A stretch of DNA of 64,000 bases, from contig CP120456.1 of NCBI GenBank assembly GCA_034226945.1, positions 620,001 to 684,000 of the forward strand. Direction: 5' to 3'. Made by a program: the position numbers and the translations under genes. Under the pieces are notes generated by a model, which had not been told where the DNA came from, made no database searches, and saw only the letters and a program-made list of their open reading frames with translations. The DNA comes from Picochlorum sp. SENEW3 (lineage: Eukaryota). Of the stretch, positions 63,242 through 64,000 are shown one piece after another (position 1 is the first letter of the stretch; every line of letters starts with the position of its first letter).

Positions 63242-64000
63242 ATGTTAGCCTCTGTATCCAGGGCGGCAAGAAGAGCCTATCCAGAGGCTCAGGCCTGTTT
63301 CAGGACTGTTTCTTCGACTCAGGCTGCTATGAATACCTCCCTAAGACCTGATGTACGTATTATCGAGGTGATCTGTTGAGTATGCCTGCATATTTGGAAT
63401 TTGTCCTGACGATCGATGTGACACGCGCAGGAAGAGATGCACGCGATTGATGAGTCAAGTAAAGGTCCATCTGGTGTGTTGGAAGTCCCCAGAAGGTTTC
63501 TGATGGGTCCTGGGCCGGCGAATGCCGACCCAAGGGTATTAAACGCGCAGGCTCTTCCTCTGCTTGGGCACATGTGCGTTTATTTTGGTCTGCCGTATAT
63601 TTGATTAAATTTGAGTGTCTAAATGCTAATGTTTTACAGGCATCCACCATTCTTGAAGATTATGGATGAGATCCAGGAAGGCCTCAGGTACCTGTTCCAG
63701 ACAAAGTCTCCATATACACTGTGTGTGAGTGGGACTGGTCATGCTGGTATGGAAGCTTGCATCGCCAATTTGGTGGAGCCAGGGGAGACTGTGATTGTTG
63801 GGAACAAGGGAATTTGGGGAGAACGTGTGTGTGACATGGCGGGAAGATTTGGCGCAAATGTTGTGGAATTGAAGAAAGAGGCAGGCAAGACATTTTCTTT
63901 TGACGAGTTGAAGGCGGCGGTGGAGAAGGAGAAGCCAGCAGTGCTCTTCTTGTGCCAAGGAGAGTCATCTACTGGAGTGCAACAGAGTCTTGCAGGGCTT
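63242..64000 (+). CDS. Alanine/serine-glyoxylate aminotransferase (class V, AGXT-like); 3' end lies beyond the window
   Basis: LMGPGPAN; LLGHMHP; SGTGHAGMEA; GESSTGV; presequence-like MLASVSRAARR. Confidence 0.93.

Overview
Gene-dense eukaryotic nuclear DNA with short (~55-130 nt) GT-AG introns, very small intergenic gaps and TGTAA poly(A) signals. Rubisco activase, Y3IP1/CGL59 and a plastid MDH mark it as a compact green alga; Picochlorum-like (Trebouxiophyceae) is my inference. About 42 protein-coding genes can be modelled by eye, mostly conserved housekeeping genes. The main anomaly is a ~3.2 kb gene-free island (about 6.5-9.75 kb). It holds a hairpin-rich GC block, a ~10.4-bp-period degenerate repeat array and what reads across frameshifts as a decayed Fanzor/TnpB-like nuclease gene. 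Other highlights: a 2-exon secreted precursor ending in a 6-Cys peptide that the ORF track splits; a head-to-head AlaAT/AGT pair next to MDH (glyoxylate metabolism); a REC8/RAD21 kleisin whose stop is 1 nt from the GSNOR stop; perfect palindromes in divergent promoters; and very tight same-strand gene pairs. All calls come from motif recognition; no searches were run.
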